Shown: positions 1-12,481 of the stretch, one piece after another
How the letters are laid out: the number at the start of each line of letters is the position of its first letter
Position numbering within the stretch: position 1 is the stretch's first letter
Origin: Paraspadella gotoi
Lineage: Eukaryota; Animalia; Chaetognatha
Direction of reading: 5' to 3'
Assembly: GCA_051294375.1 (NCBI GenBank)
Contig: JBJCIZ010000744.1
Coordinates: 1,931,252-1,995,251 of the forward strand
Length of the DNA: 64,000 nucleotides
Translations under genes and position numbers: made by a program
Notes under the pieces: generated by a model
Told to the model about the DNA's origin: nothing
Seen by the model: the letters and a program-made list of their open reading frames with translations, nothing else
Databases searched by the model: none

Positions 1-589
1 CTCTCTGTCTCTCTCTCTTCTCTATCTCTCTTCGTTCACACTTCGTCATTATTTTAAAGATAGTTTTAAAAATCCACCTAGGTTACGATACTCTGTCAGC
101 AGCGGCAGGACACGCCGCAGCCCGCGCTTCTGCTCCTTGCCCGCGCGCCACCGCCGCCGCTGCCGCCGCCCGCAGACTTCTTTTTTTTCTGTCTGCTCCA
201 GAATTTAATTTTCTTTTTTTTTCTTTCCATGTCAGGCTGATCTTTTCAACGAATTCTGAATTTTTTTATATTTTCCGATCAGCATTCATTCATGACGATA
301 ATCGAGAGAAGCCTCCCAGATCCATGACGTAATACACTGCCTAATGTCGTCTTAGCGTCGTCGTTGTGGTCGTCGTCGTTGTTGCTCTAATTAATTGATT
401 ATACTCATACTATGCTTGTAATTTATACTACTGATTATTTTAAAAAAAAGTTAGGCACGAATTTTTAAAAAAACTATCTACAAATGACTAAATGCCAAAA
501 GAAAAGTGGAAAAAGTTTATAGAAGAAAAACGTTAATAAAGAAAAAAGGGAGACGAAAAAGTTTTAAACTGGAAAATTGAAGAAAGGAA

Positions 590-1790
590 AAAAGGAAAAA
601 AGAAAGGGAAAGTCAACAAAGGGAAAAAGGGAAATGTCCAGCAAGGAAAAAAGAAATGTCAACAAAGGAAAAAGGGAAATGTCAGCCAAACGAAAAGGAA
701 ATGTCAAAGCAAAGGGAAAAGGGGAAATGTCACAAAGGTAAAAGGGAAATGTAGCAAAGGAAAAAGAAGAAATGTCAGCAAAGGTAAAAGGAAATGTCAG
801 CAAAGGAAAAAGAGGGAAAAGTCAGCAAAGGAAAAAGAGAAATGTCAGCAAAGGAAAAAGAGAAATATCAGTAAAGGAAAAGGGGAAATGTCAGCAAAGG
901 AAAAAGAGAAATGCAGCAAAAAAAAAGGGAAATGTCAGCAAATGAAAAAGAGAAACTTCAGCAAAAGAAAAAAGGGAAATGTCAGCAAAGGAAAAAGAGA
1001 AAAGTCAGCAAAGGAAAAAGAGAAATGTCAGCAAGGAAAAAAGAGAGAAATATCAGTAAAGGAAAAAAGGGAAATGTCAGCAAAGATAAAGAGAAATGGT
1101 CAGCAAAAAAAAAAGGAAAATGTTCAGCAAATGAAAAAGAGAAATGTTCAGCAAAGAAAAAAGGGGGGAAATGTCAGTCAAAGCGAAAAAGAGACAATAT
1201 CAGCTAAAGGAAAAAGGGAAAAGTCAGCAAAGGAAAAAAAGAGAAATGTCAGCAAAGGAAAAAGGGAAATGTCAGCAAAGTAAAAAGGGGGAAATGTCAG
1301 CAAAGGAAAAAGAGAAATGTCAGCAGGAGGAAAAAGGGGAAATGTCAGCAGGAGGAAAAAGGAAAATGTGAGCAAAGAAAAAGAAAATGTCAGGCAAAGA
1401 AAAAGGAAAATGTCAGCAAAGGAAAGAGACAAAGCAGAAGAAAGAGAAATCCTCTTTTATCCCGATGACGCTCGAGGAGAAAGAGAAGAGACAGAGGAAA
1501 TGTCAGCCAAAGCGAAAAGGGAAATGTCAGCAAAGGAAAAGGGAAATGTCAGGCAAAAAAAGGGGAAATGTCAGCAAAGGAAAGGAAAATGTCAAGCAAA
1601 GGAAAAAAGGGGAATGTCAGCAAAGGGAAAAAGAGAGTAAATGTAGCCAAAGGAAAAAGGAAATGTCAGCAAAGGAAAAGAAAATGTCAGCAAAGAAAAA
1701 GGCGCGAAAATGTCAGCAGAGGAAAAAGGAAATGTCAGCAAAGGAAAAAGGAAAAGTGTCAGCAACAGGGAAAGAGACAAAGCAGAAGGA
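590..1790. repeat. Purine-rich minisatellite, ~22-24 bp unit (AAAGGAAAAAGRGAAATGTCAGC)
   Basis: Dozens of degenerate head-to-tail copies. A ~75-bp non-unit segment (agagacaaagcagaag...gatgacgct...acagag) occurs twice, at ~1424-1497 and ~1773-1848. Explains the K/E/R-rich ORFs at 888-1956. Confidence 0.95.
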
Positions 1791-2465
1791 AAAAGAGAAA
1801 TTCCCCTTTATCCCAGATGACGCTGAGGAGAAGCAGAAGAGGACAGAGATAAGAGTAGAGAGAGAGAGAGAAGAGAGAAAAAGAGGCAAGAGAAGGAGGA
1901 GAAAAGAGAGAAGAGAGAAGAGAGAGAGCAGAGAGAAGGATTTCAGTTCTGATTGATTTATTTGGCTCAAATGCTGAAAGTTTAACACAAAAGTAACGAT
2001 GCCCAATTGTTAATGAGCTTATAACAGATTAAAGAATGTAAAAAAAAATTAAAATAAAATTTAAAATGTGGACTAACTATATACATAGTTTTACAATTTC
2101 AATGTTTACACATAGATCCCGTAACTTTTGTTAAACATCACACTCTTCTAACGAATATAAGGTATAATATAATAATAATATGCTTTATGTTTTTCTATGT
2201 ATTTGAGTATATATCAGAAAAAGGCTTTATCAAGATTTGCCAAACATAAAAGTTTATATGGATTCTATTTTAGTACAATAATTTAGTCATGTTCTTCATC
2301 TTTCTTTGTTGCGAGAATGAGAGTGTGAAGTGGTCAGTGAGCGGGATCAGTGAGCCGGTGAGTGAGCAGGTGATTGAGCCGGTGTAGTATCTCAGAGACT
2401 CCAGTGATCAATAGAGTGAGGCTGTATCGGTGAAGTGATCGGTGTGTGAAGCTGATACGACGCAG

Positions 2466-2583
2466 GATTTTCATTCACGAAGACTCGAACATTGAAGGAT
2501 TGCGGTCGCGGCGATAGACGAAAGGAGTACGCGATCCATCTCGTTGGAACGACGGACGGACATTCCTTTCTCGGCCATTCTGT

Positions 2584-2622
<39 letters not shown>

Positions 2623-2639
2623 TTCTCTATCTCTCTCTC

Positions 2640-2700
<61 letters not shown>

Positions 2701-3509
2701 TTTTCTGAGAGTTTGTAAGTTTGTTAAAAAGATTAACTTTAAATTTTTCCTCATTTAAGTAAATGAGAAAGTTGAACTTTTCGTGGCGACCGACGACGGA
2801 CGACGACGACGACGACGACAAGGGAAAAACAAGTATGGTGACGAAATGTAAGGATTGTAAATTGTAAAATTAATTAGTAAGAAAAGTAACTGGGCTCTTT
2901 ATATTTACTTTATAATCTTCTTTCTTTCTTTCTTTCTTTTTATTTTTTATCTTTCTTCTTTATTCATCTTGTGTGCCTTTTTGTTTTATTTTTTCTTCAT
3001 GTTTTTTTTCTATTTTGTCTTCTTTTTTCGTTTTTCCTCGTTTTTATTTCCTCGCTCAGTTGAGGTCGGCGGATCACAGCGTGAGCTCGACGACGAAGAG
3101 AGCAACAGCCTCTCTTGTTATGAACAAAAAAGTTAGCCAAAACAAAAATTTTGACGGGCGTTAAAAAGAGAGAGAGAGAAGAGAGAGAAGAGAGAGACGA
3201 GAGAGAGATCGAGATGAGAGAGAGAGAGAGAGAAGAGAGAAGAGTCAGGATGACAGACATGACAAAAGACAGACCGAGGACACCTACAAGACAGAGAAGG
3301 TGTTTCCCCTTAATCCTTCTAATCCATTTCTCTGTTATGATTTATGTCGTCTGGGTGATCGGGGGATGTGGTTTAGCGACGTCCGTCCGTCCGTCCTTCC
3401 TTCCGTCCGAATTCGGCCCGAGGGCGTAAGAACCACCATATGAATAAATTATCAGGCGACTCACGGAAAACGAAATATTGGTTTTCAAGTCAAGTGTTGC
3501 GTGTGGTGG

Positions 3510-3548
<39 letters not shown>

Positions 3549-4437
3549 GAGAGAGAGAGAGGAGAGAGGAGAGAGATGAGAGAGAGAGAGTTCCAGGAGA
3601 GAGACCGGAGTGGCGTAATCTGGCAATCGCCAAATCTTTAAATCATATGTAACTGAGTTAACATCTAAATATTTAAATTACTCACTGTTTTTATTGTTTA
3701 CATTTTAAACATCGTTAGTTTCTTTTATAGTCATTCAAACTTAAAACGATCCACAACTTGAAAACGACAACAATTCCGTTTCTCTTCTTCTCTCTCTCTC
3801 TCTCTCTCTCTCTCCTCTCTCTCTTCTCTCTCTCTCTCTCTCTCTACTCTCTCTCTCTCCTCTCTCTCTCTCATCCCGCGGAATCGAGACGTTCCGACCA
3901 CTTTCCGAATGCAAGCGTGAGCTTTTTTTTCTCTTCGATCGCTTTCCTCATTTTTAAGAAGAATAGAGATTTCGTCATCACGAGTTCGGGTTGCGGACGA
4001 AAAACTTCCTTAGCGAAACTGAAAGTCCTGTAAATCGAGAGAGACTTTCTCCTTTAACACCTGTCGCGCAGATGTTCTCGTCCGCGTTGACGTTTGGCGC
4101 GGCATCTGTCAAACGGCATCTGTCAAACGGCGAGGGGGTCAGCGTGACCAGATGTTATTCTTGCAGGGTTTAATGTACGGAGTTGTTGTTTATGTTGTCT
4201 TTTACTTTGTTGTAATTGTGTTTTTTTGATTTTGTTTTAATTGTTAATTTTAACATGGTTTCAGTTTCGCCTCGAAAGTATTTAGACAAATTTAGACAGA
4301 TTTAGACAAATTGGCCGTATTGCCAGATAGCTATTATGTACTAATATATTTTGTATATTTTAGTTTACCATAGCACGGCTCATCACTGCCGAAACAATAA
4401 AACATGGAATCCAACATTAGCAGAAGCGTGGAATTAA
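2466..4437 (+). CDS. Candidate multi-exon protein-coding gene A, unknown product
   Basis: Hand-traced exons: ~2466-2581, 2760-2832 (NEKVELFVATDD..KGKT), 3060-3131 (EVGGSQRELDDEESNSLSCYEQK), 3597-3648 (ERPEWRNLAIAKSLNH), ~3880-3916, 3967-4029, 4072-4174 (VLVRVDVWRGICQ..DQMLFLQGL), 4374-4437 (TAHHCRNNKTWNPTLAEAWN*). Most AG/GT junctions are phase-consistent. The model needs a few indel corrections and one restored AG. Confidence 0.45.
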
Positions 4438-4554
4438 ATTTTCCTACCATTTGGAAATCTTTTTTTTTTCCCTTTGCGCTCCATTTCGTGGCGCCGAACA
4501 AAAACTGTTTCAGCGCATGAAAATCATTTGTTTGGTTCCTATACGTTCTCCTTT

Positions 4555-4618
<64 letters not shown>

Positions 4619-4655
4619 TCCTTCTTTTTTTCTTTCTTTCTTTCTTTCTTTCCTC

Positions 4656-4738
<83 letters not shown>

Positions 4739-4985
4739 ACTTTTTTCTATCTTCTTTATTTCTATCTTCATCTTTCTTTCTTTTTCTATCTTTCTGTTTT
4801 TTTTCCTTTTTCGGAAACGGCTTCATCGATCGCCCTCCTACGGCAGCAGCTGGAAAAAGGTTGAAGCAGCTGCTGCTACGGAGGAAGTTGACAGCTGCTG
4901 CAACTTTTTTTTTTTAAAACCGCAAAAACGCAGACAAAAGTGCAGAGAGATGGATATCATTTTTAGACCTGGAAATTTGAAAGGA

Positions 4986-5032
<47 letters not shown>

Positions 5033-5331
5033 TTAATAAAAAAAGTACAGACTAAAAAAACGGTCTGGCTTCTCAAAAAAGGCCCAAAGTTTACGGTCCA
5101 ATGTCCAATGACGGACGTCGTTCATCAACTCTTATCATTATTTAATAATTTAATAATATTTATTATTTTATTCTATAATTCACTTTGAACATAAAATTAT
5201 GATGAACTATGCAAAAAAAACACAAAAAAAAACAAAACAAACAAACAAAACAAAACGATATCGTCCGCCCGTCCGCCCGTCCGCCCTTTAGCTTTGAACG
5301 CCAACTACTCATGTGCGAATAAGCGATTGAC
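4434..5331 (-). CDS. Candidate multi-exon gene B (3' part), convergent with gene A
   Basis: Minus-strand exons: 5331-5285 (TTTTCAG acceptor, SIAYSHMSSWRSKLK, GC donor), 5130-5062 (ELMNDVRHWTLDRKLWAFFEKPD), ~4968-4930, and 4538-~4434 (NQTNDFHALKQFLFGATKWSAKG). The first junction is phase-consistent. Confidence 0.4.
4552..4740. repeat. (CTTT)n microsatellite
   Basis: Near-perfect tetranucleotide run; the complementary (GAAA)n run lies at ~4984-5032. Confidence 0.97.
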
Positions 5332-5986
5332 CTGAAAATTTGTGTGTGGGTTGGCAAGAATATTCTTAAGCTGGAAATAAAGTTTCGATGGAATCGTCAA
5401 AGTGGAAACGAGTTTAAGTGGAAAAAACAAAAATTACGCTTAATCGTTTTGTTTTGTCTTGTTTTTCTTTCATAAGAAATGTAAATGCATGTTGCCACAA
5501 TAACTAATACAATTATAACAAACACTACAATCAGATCCGGCGTCGTTTGTTTAAGCTTGTTTTAAACGATTTTTATATTTTAACGACGAAATTTGTTTTA
5601 TTTAAAAAAAAAGGAAATCTTTCCGGGTTTTTTTTTTTGGTTTTAAATAATTAAGGTCGATAGAGGTCGCCTTTGTCTGATTGACCTTTTTTTTTCTCTC
5701 CAATTACTACAATCGAAGCAAAAAAAAGAAAAAAAGCATAATTGTCAAATTAAATAATTCCCGCGCGACCTTTTGATTATTTATTTAAAACTTTTAATTT
5801 CTAACGTAATCTTATTTCTTTTTTAAGTTTTAATTCATAAAATATATTTTTTTTTTGCTAATCGAAGTCTAAAAAATGTCAGAATGAACTCCAGTTTCGA
5901 CGGAACCATAATTCAGCTTAAAAACGAACTCGTTAGTTATATTTTTCGATGTTTATTAATNNNNNNNNNNNNNNNNNNNNNNNNNG

Positions 5987-6281
5987 GAATCGCCTTTCGC
6001 TTTCGATTTGGTTGAATCGGGAACGATGTATAAAAGTCATGTATGCGAACAAAAAATGAAACTAGTATATAGAATATAGAATATTATACATGTTGTCCTT
6101 TTTTTTTTAAAGAAGAAAAAACGATAAGTTTTTCGGGTTGTCAAATCTAATTAACTAAAAAATACGTATATAATTTAGTTTACGGAAAAGGACCAGAATG
6201 CAAATGAGTTGAAGGTGTTAAAAAAAAAACCGCGAACCTTAATTACCTTCGTTTTCCTGGGTTTTATTTTCCCTTCCCCCC

Positions 6282-6371
<90 letters not shown>

Positions 6372-6860
6372 ACTTCGCGTCGCGTTCAAAAACAGGTAGT
6401 CGCCTTATTATCTACGGAGTAGCAGATGGACAGAAAGAAAGAAAAAAAGAAGAAAAAAAAAAAAGAAAGAAGAAAGAAAGAGAAATAAATAAAATAAAAG
6501 AAAGAAAGACAAGAAAGAAAGATTAGTTGTTGTCACCAGAATCTCTAAACTTGCCGTTCATACCCGCTTGTTCATAATGTTGAAAAATTTTGGTTCGTTC
6601 CAATTGTTTGTTTATCATAATTGTATCGTATTACAGATATTTAAAGACCCTCTTAGCAATGTCTTTAACATTGAATGGTAACGAAAATGCTATTAATCGC
6701 CTGAAGTGGCAAAAAGCCATCGACGCACTCGAGTTTCGACAATTTTAACCTGATAAAAGAAGGAAAGATTTCTGACACCCTTTTCACGAGTTTGCGATGA
6801 AAATTTTACGACGATTGAGTATGAGAGAGTGAGAGAGAGATGAGAGAGAAGAGGAGAGAG

Positions 6861-6910
<50 letters not shown>

Positions 6911-8161
6911 CGACTGACTGAGGAGACGAGGAGAGAGAGAGAGAGAGAGAGACAGAGACAGAGCGCAGCTTCGAATGGAATGGGGTACTAAGGGTTTATT
7001 TTCCTTAAAAAGAAGTTTGAGAGTTTGTGGGCGTCTGTTTGTATTTCTCTTGGTGGCGGGACTAAGGCGTGACGCTACACCGGAAGTGTGCGCGCTAAAC
7101 TTTAGCATCGAGCGGAAGAGTGAGAGAGAGAGAGAGAGAGAGATAAAGGGAGAGAGAGCGATGAGGGTGAAAGTGGTTTTAAAATAATAAAAGTGTGGGT
7201 CCCTGCATAAATTACATGTATCCTTTTGGACGGACGTAATACTTGGGTAAAACGGAATACAATGTAAAAGGATGAAAGAATAAAACCTTTCACGAAATGT
7301 TTGACTGAAAAAAGGAGGAAAGGGAAAGAAGGAAACAAACCTGACGCTCGTATTTCGTCTCTACGGAGACTTGGGCCGGAAGTAATGAGGTGTCCTGAAA
7401 ATAAAATAAGAAGCGTAAAAGGAGGAAAGGAAAGAGAGTAAAAATATAAATTGAGGTGAGAAGAGGAAAAGGAGGAAAGAAGGAGGAAAAGGAAAGATTC
7501 TCTCTCTGTTGTTCATAATGTTGAAAAATTTTGGTCGTTCTAATTGTTTGTTTATCATAATTGTATCGTTATTACAGATATTAAAGACCCTCTTAGCAAT
7601 GTCTTTAACATTTGAATGGTAACGAAAATGGCATATTAATCGCCTGAGTGGCAAAAAGCCATCGACGACTCGAGTCGACAGTTTAACCTGATAAAAGGAA
7701 GGAAAGATTTCTGACAACCCTTTTCACGAGTTTGCGATGAAAATTTTACGACGATTGAGTAGGAGAGANNNNNNNNNNNNNNNNNNNNNNNNNNNNNNNN
7801 NNNNNNNNNNNNNNNNNNNNNNNNNNNNNNNNNNNNNNNNNNNNNNNNNNNNNNNNNNNNNNNNNNNNNNNNNNNNNNNNNNNNNNNNNNNNNNNNNNNN
7901 NNNNNNNNNNNNNNNNNNNNNNNNNNNNNNNNNNNNNNNNNNNNNNNNNNNNNNGGGTACTAAGGTTTTTATTTTCCTTAAAAAGAAGTTTGAGAGTTTG
8001 TGGGCGTCTGTTTGTATTTTCTTGGTAGGCGGGACTAAGGCGGTGACGCCTACACCGGAAGTGGCGCGTAANNNNNNNNNNNNNNNNNNNNNNNNNACAA
8101 ACACCCTTATTTCACGAGTTTGCGAATGAAAATTTTTACGACGATTGAGTAGGTAAGAGAC

Positions 8162-8240
<79 letters not shown>

Positions 8241-9580
8241 CAGAACAGAGACGGAGCGTAGCGTTCGTAGGGAATGGTATAGGAGGTTTTTTATGTAGTA
8301 TTATAGCAGGTTAAGAGAGAGAGATATGAGAGTTAGTGGGCGCTGGTATATGTAATATGTCTTATGTGGTAGCGGGAGCTAAAGGCGAAGTGGAGCGTAA
8401 ACTTTAAGCATGGCGGAGAGAGAGTGGAAGAAGGAGAGAAGAGAGGAGGAGAGAGGAGAGAGAGAAGAGAGAGGAGGAGGAGAGAGAGAGGAGAGGTGAG
8501 TGTTAAAATATAAGAGATGTATGATGGGTACGCTGCATAAATTTACATGTGAGTCCTTTTGGACGGCGTAATACTTGGTAAACGGAATACAATGTAAAGG
8601 ATTTGAAGAATAAAACCTTTCACGAAATGTTTTGACTGAAAAGGGAGGAAAGGAAAGAAGGAAACAAACTGACGCTCGTGATTTCGTCTCTCGAGACTTA
8701 GGCGGTAATGGGAGGTGCGGAGGAAAAGGAAAGAGAAATAAAAGCAAAGGAAAGAGAGGTGGAGGAAAAAGAAAAAGAGAAGGAGGAAAAGGAGGGAAAG
8801 AAGGAGGAAAAGGAAAGAGAAATGAAAGTAAAGGAAAGAGAGAAGGAGGAAAAGAAAAGAGAGATTGAGGAAAAGGAAAGAGAAATGAAAGAAAAGGAAA
8901 GAGAGGTGGAGGAAAAGGAAAGAGAAGTGAAAATAAAGGAAAGAGAGATGGAGGAAAAGGAATGAGGAGGAAAAGGAAAGAGAAATAAAAGTAAAGGAAA
9001 GAGCGATGGAGGAAAAGGAGAGAAAGAAGGAGGAAAAGGAAAGAGAAGTGAAAGTAAAGGAAAGAGAGATGGAGGAAAAGGAAGTAAAAATGAAAGTAAT
9101 GGAAAAAGAGAAGAAGGAAAAGGAAAGAGGAGGAAAAGGAAAGAGAAATAAAAGTAAAGGAAAGAGAGATGGAGGAAAAAGAAAAAGAGAAGGAGGAAAA
9201 GGAGAGAAAGAAGGAGGAAAATAAAAGAGACATTGCGCGGAAAAAAATAAAGAAAAAAAAAGAAGGTCAAGTCGAAGGAGGAAAGAAAGAAAAAGAAAAA
9301 AAGAAAAGAAAAGAAAAGAAAAAAAACCCGATGGTTTTGAGGTCGATTTCCGTAGAAGAGAAAACGTTAATTTCACGCGAAGAACGAAACAAAGTTTTTG
9401 CCCACGACTCTCGTTTTCGAGTCTGTGATTACGGCTTGTCGTCCATTGGTCGTTCGTCGGTCGTTCGTCGTCGTCGTCGACTTTGTCGTCGTCGTCTTCC
9501 CTGTCAAGAAGCGTTCAAGTGACGATTAAGGGGGAACCGCACGTTCGGTCTCCATCAAAATCGTCGTCTGCCGGTTTTTT
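5987..9580 (+). CDS. Candidate multi-exon gene C, unknown product (partly re-read in duplicates)
   Basis: Exons 5987-6040 (ESPFAFDLVESGTMYKSH|gtatg), 6396-6418 (VVALLSTE) and 6540-~6605 (ISKLAVHTRLFIMLKNF) are phase-consistent. Later exons need indel correction: ~6637-6819 (..NRLKWQKAID..IKEGKISDTLFHEFAMKILRRL), ~6970-7120, ~7200-7390, ~9355-9448 (..LRFRVCDYGLS). Confidence 0.45.
6566..8720. repeat. Tandem re-reading of one locus (6566-7390, 7508-8071, 8097-8720)
   Basis: The same unique text (gttcataatgttgaaaaattttgg; cacgagtttgcgatgaaaattttacgacgattgag) recurs 2-3 times with indel differences, next to N gaps. Confidence 0.9.
8720..9230. repeat. Purine-rich minisatellite (GGAGGAAAAGGAAAGAGAAATRAAAGTAAAGGAAAGAGAGAT-like, ~42 bp)
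   Basis: Visible tandem units; source of the E/K-rich and F/S-rich ORFs. Confidence 0.9.
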
Positions 9581-11467
9581 TTTNNNNNNNNNNNNNNNNN
9601 NNNNNNNNNNNNNNNNNNNNNNNNNNNNNNNNNNNNNNNNNNNNNNNNNNNNNNNNNNNNNNNNNNNNNNNNNNNNNNNNNNNNNNNNNNNNNNNNNNNN
9701 NNNNNNNNNNNNNNNNNNNNNNNNNNNNNNNNNNNNNNNNNNNNNNNNNNNNNNNNNNNNNNNNNNNNNNNNNNNNNNNNNNNNNNNNNNNNNNNNNNNN
9801 NNNNNNNNNNNNNNNNNNNNNNNNNNNNNNNNNNNNNNNNNNNNNNNNNNNNNNNNNNNNNNNNNNNNNNNNNNNNNNNNNNNNNNNNNNNNNNNNNNNN
9901 NNNNNNNNNNNNNNNNNNNNNNNNNNNNNNNNNNNNNNNNNNNNNNNNNNNNNNNNNNNNNNNNNNNNNNNNNNNNNNNNNNNNNNNNNNNNNNNNNNNN
10001 NNNNNNNNNNNNNNNNNNNNNNNNNNNNNNNNNNNNNNNNNNNNNNNNNNNNNNNNNNNNNNNNNNNNNNNNNNNNNNNNNNNNNNNNNNNNNNNNNNNN
10101 NNNNNNNNNNNNNNNNNNNNNNNNNNNNNNNNNNNNNNNNNNNNNNNNNNNNNNNNNNNNNNNNNNNNNNNNNNNNNNNNNNNNNNNNNNNNNNNNNNNN
10201 NNNNNNNNNNNNNNNNNNNNNNNNNNNNNNNNNNNNNNNNNNNNNNNNNNNNNNNNNNNNNNNNNNNNNNNNNNNNNNNNNNNNNNNNNNNNNNNNNNNN
10301 NNNNNNNNNNNNNNNNNNNNNNNNNNNNNNNNNNNNNNNNNNNGAAAAAGAAAGGGAGGAAAAGAAAAGAGAGGAAAAGAAAAGGAAGAAAAAAGAAAAA
10401 GGAGGAAAAGAAAAGGGAAGGAAAAGAAAAGGGAGGAAAAAGAAAAGGGAACAAAGAGAAACAAAAGTAAGATAACGCAGTGCAGATTAATTGATTGGTT
10501 AACAGAATGTTTGATTGATTAATAAAATCATTGATTAAATTATTTCATTGATTGATATCACGGTGTCCCGGTTTCAGTCGATTTATTTCCACCTGATCGG
10601 AGTCACGACCTAAACTGCCATCTACCATCACCACCATCTACCATTTACCATCTGCTATGTACCATCACCACCATCTACCGGTAAAAAAAACTGGGTCAAC
10701 CCTTCGTCGACGTCAAAGTCACAACCTGACCAGAACTTTTTTTTTTTATTAATCCGACTTCGAAAGGTTTTTTGATAAAAGGAATGAAAGGAAGTTGTCA
10801 GGAATCATCCTTTATTCTTGGGATCGCGAAAAAATGCTGTCGTCTTCTTGCATTTTTGTCATTTTTGTTTCATCATGGATATTTTCTATTGCGACGGGAG
10901 GGGACGAGCAGAACGCAAGAGGAGTAGAGAGAGAGCTGAAAAAGGCAGAAAAAAGAAAAAACAATAGCGGAACACAAATATATATTCTTTTTATGATTAA
11001 TCAAGACAGTTACGTACGAAACTATTTAGAAAGGCAGCATCGCAACTTTGGGTCAATATATTCAAATAAAAGCTTCTATTACGTACCTTCATTTTAAAAA
11101 ATCCAAACCTGTTAAACCGATGCGCTTACCAAATGAGAGAGAGAGAGGAGGAGGAAGAGGAAGGAGCGGGAGAGATGAGGAGAAGAGAGAGGAGTGATGA
11201 GACGAAAGAGAGCAGAGAGAGAGAGAGAGAACTAAGAAGAGACTAAGAGCTGAGAAGAAAGGAAGTGTTATAGGGATTTAAACGTTAATTTATTTTAAAT
11301 TGATTAATATTGATTATTATTATTCATTACGATGGAACTTTAAAAAACTTTCAAGCAAGGCCCTGAATCGGTGACCGTTTGGGTGGACCCCCCGATTTTA
11401 CCGAAAAACCTGCGTCTTTATTTGGTGGGCGCTCGTGATTAGAGAGAGCGGGAGACAGGAGAGAGAT

Positions 11468-11509
<42 letters not shown>

Positions 11510-11808
11510 GAGAGAGAGAAGCAGGAGAGGACGAGAGAGAAGAAAACAGAAAGAAACGAGACAGAAAAATGGTTAGTTGTGCCTGACTTTCGGTTGAAAG
11601 AGAACATCCCGACAACACTAGAGAACATCCTCCTTTTCTTTTTTTTGAATTTTTCTTTTCTTGTATTCGTTGTCCCTTTCCTCCCTCCTCCTCTCTCATC
11701 CCTCCTCTTCATCCCCTTCCTCCTCATCACTCCAATCCTCCTCTTTCCTCCTCCTCCTCCTCCATCGGAGTCATTCCTTTCCGATCTGAACAAAAACTGT
11801 GACGACGA

Positions 11809-12481
11809 TAAGCCAAACTTTGTCAATGGGGTGGGTGCAGACAGTTTGATTTGGAACCTCTGCCTAATTAAACTTCCATACATTTCTGGAGAAAACTATT
11901 CAATGGACCAAGAATTTTCTAAAATGGCTATAAGCAATTAGTAATTAATTTTTTTTAATATTTAATTCTATAGATAGGAAATGTTCAAATTTTTTTTCAA
12001 AAATTTTGTATTTTTAAAAGCAGATCAGATAGCTTATAAAAAAGTGTCTTACAACAAAGTATAATTCATATATATTTAACAATAATTTTGATGATAAGGA
12101 TAGTCAAAAAATTAGGGAAAAAAACCTATAAAAAAAATCATCTACAATAATCATCAATCCGAGATTAGCATGTTATTTAATAATAAATAAATTTAAGTAA
12201 TAAAACAGCAAAATTTTAATAAATTGAATTATATTTATTGGCTTAAACTTTTAAGAGCTCTATACAAATCAATTAAAAAAAACTTAAAATATCCAAAAAA
12301 ATTTTTGCACATAATATAGCAAATAATAATATAATAATATATAATAATATTAAATTACGCGAATTACTCATGGTTCGGAACATTTTTGCAAAAAAATATT
12401 TTAATAACAATAATTAATAGCAAGAATGGATTAGTTTAATACTTCTCCCATTAAAATATTGAATTTGGTCGGCTCCCGCTA
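11809..12481. mobile_element. Probable non-autonomous TIR element (MITE-like), ~670 bp
   Basis: Absent from the inverted duplicate of this locus, where the flanks are adjacent at ~17050-17100. Bounded by TA at 11809-10 and 12480-81, with gacgacg on both sides. Ends are imperfect inverted repeats (agccaaactttgtcaatgggg versus rc agccgaccaaattcaatattttaatggg). The interior is very AT-rich. Confidence 0.5.

Noticed and set aside
2490-2570. Astacin-like start (GVRDPSRWNDG)
   Set aside because: No HExxHxxGxxH zinc motif in any downstream exon.
4068-4156. CAGATG/CATCTG E-box cluster (and CAGCTG cluster at 4845-4900) as enhancers
   Set aside because: Better explained as coding exon sequence plus a 14-bp tandem duplication.
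9330-9570. Protein-kinase motifs (RVCDYGLS as DFG; RGTARS as CK1 subdomain VIII)
   Set aside because: There is no HRD, VAIK or Gly-loop equivalent, and the two readings of this locus give different frames.
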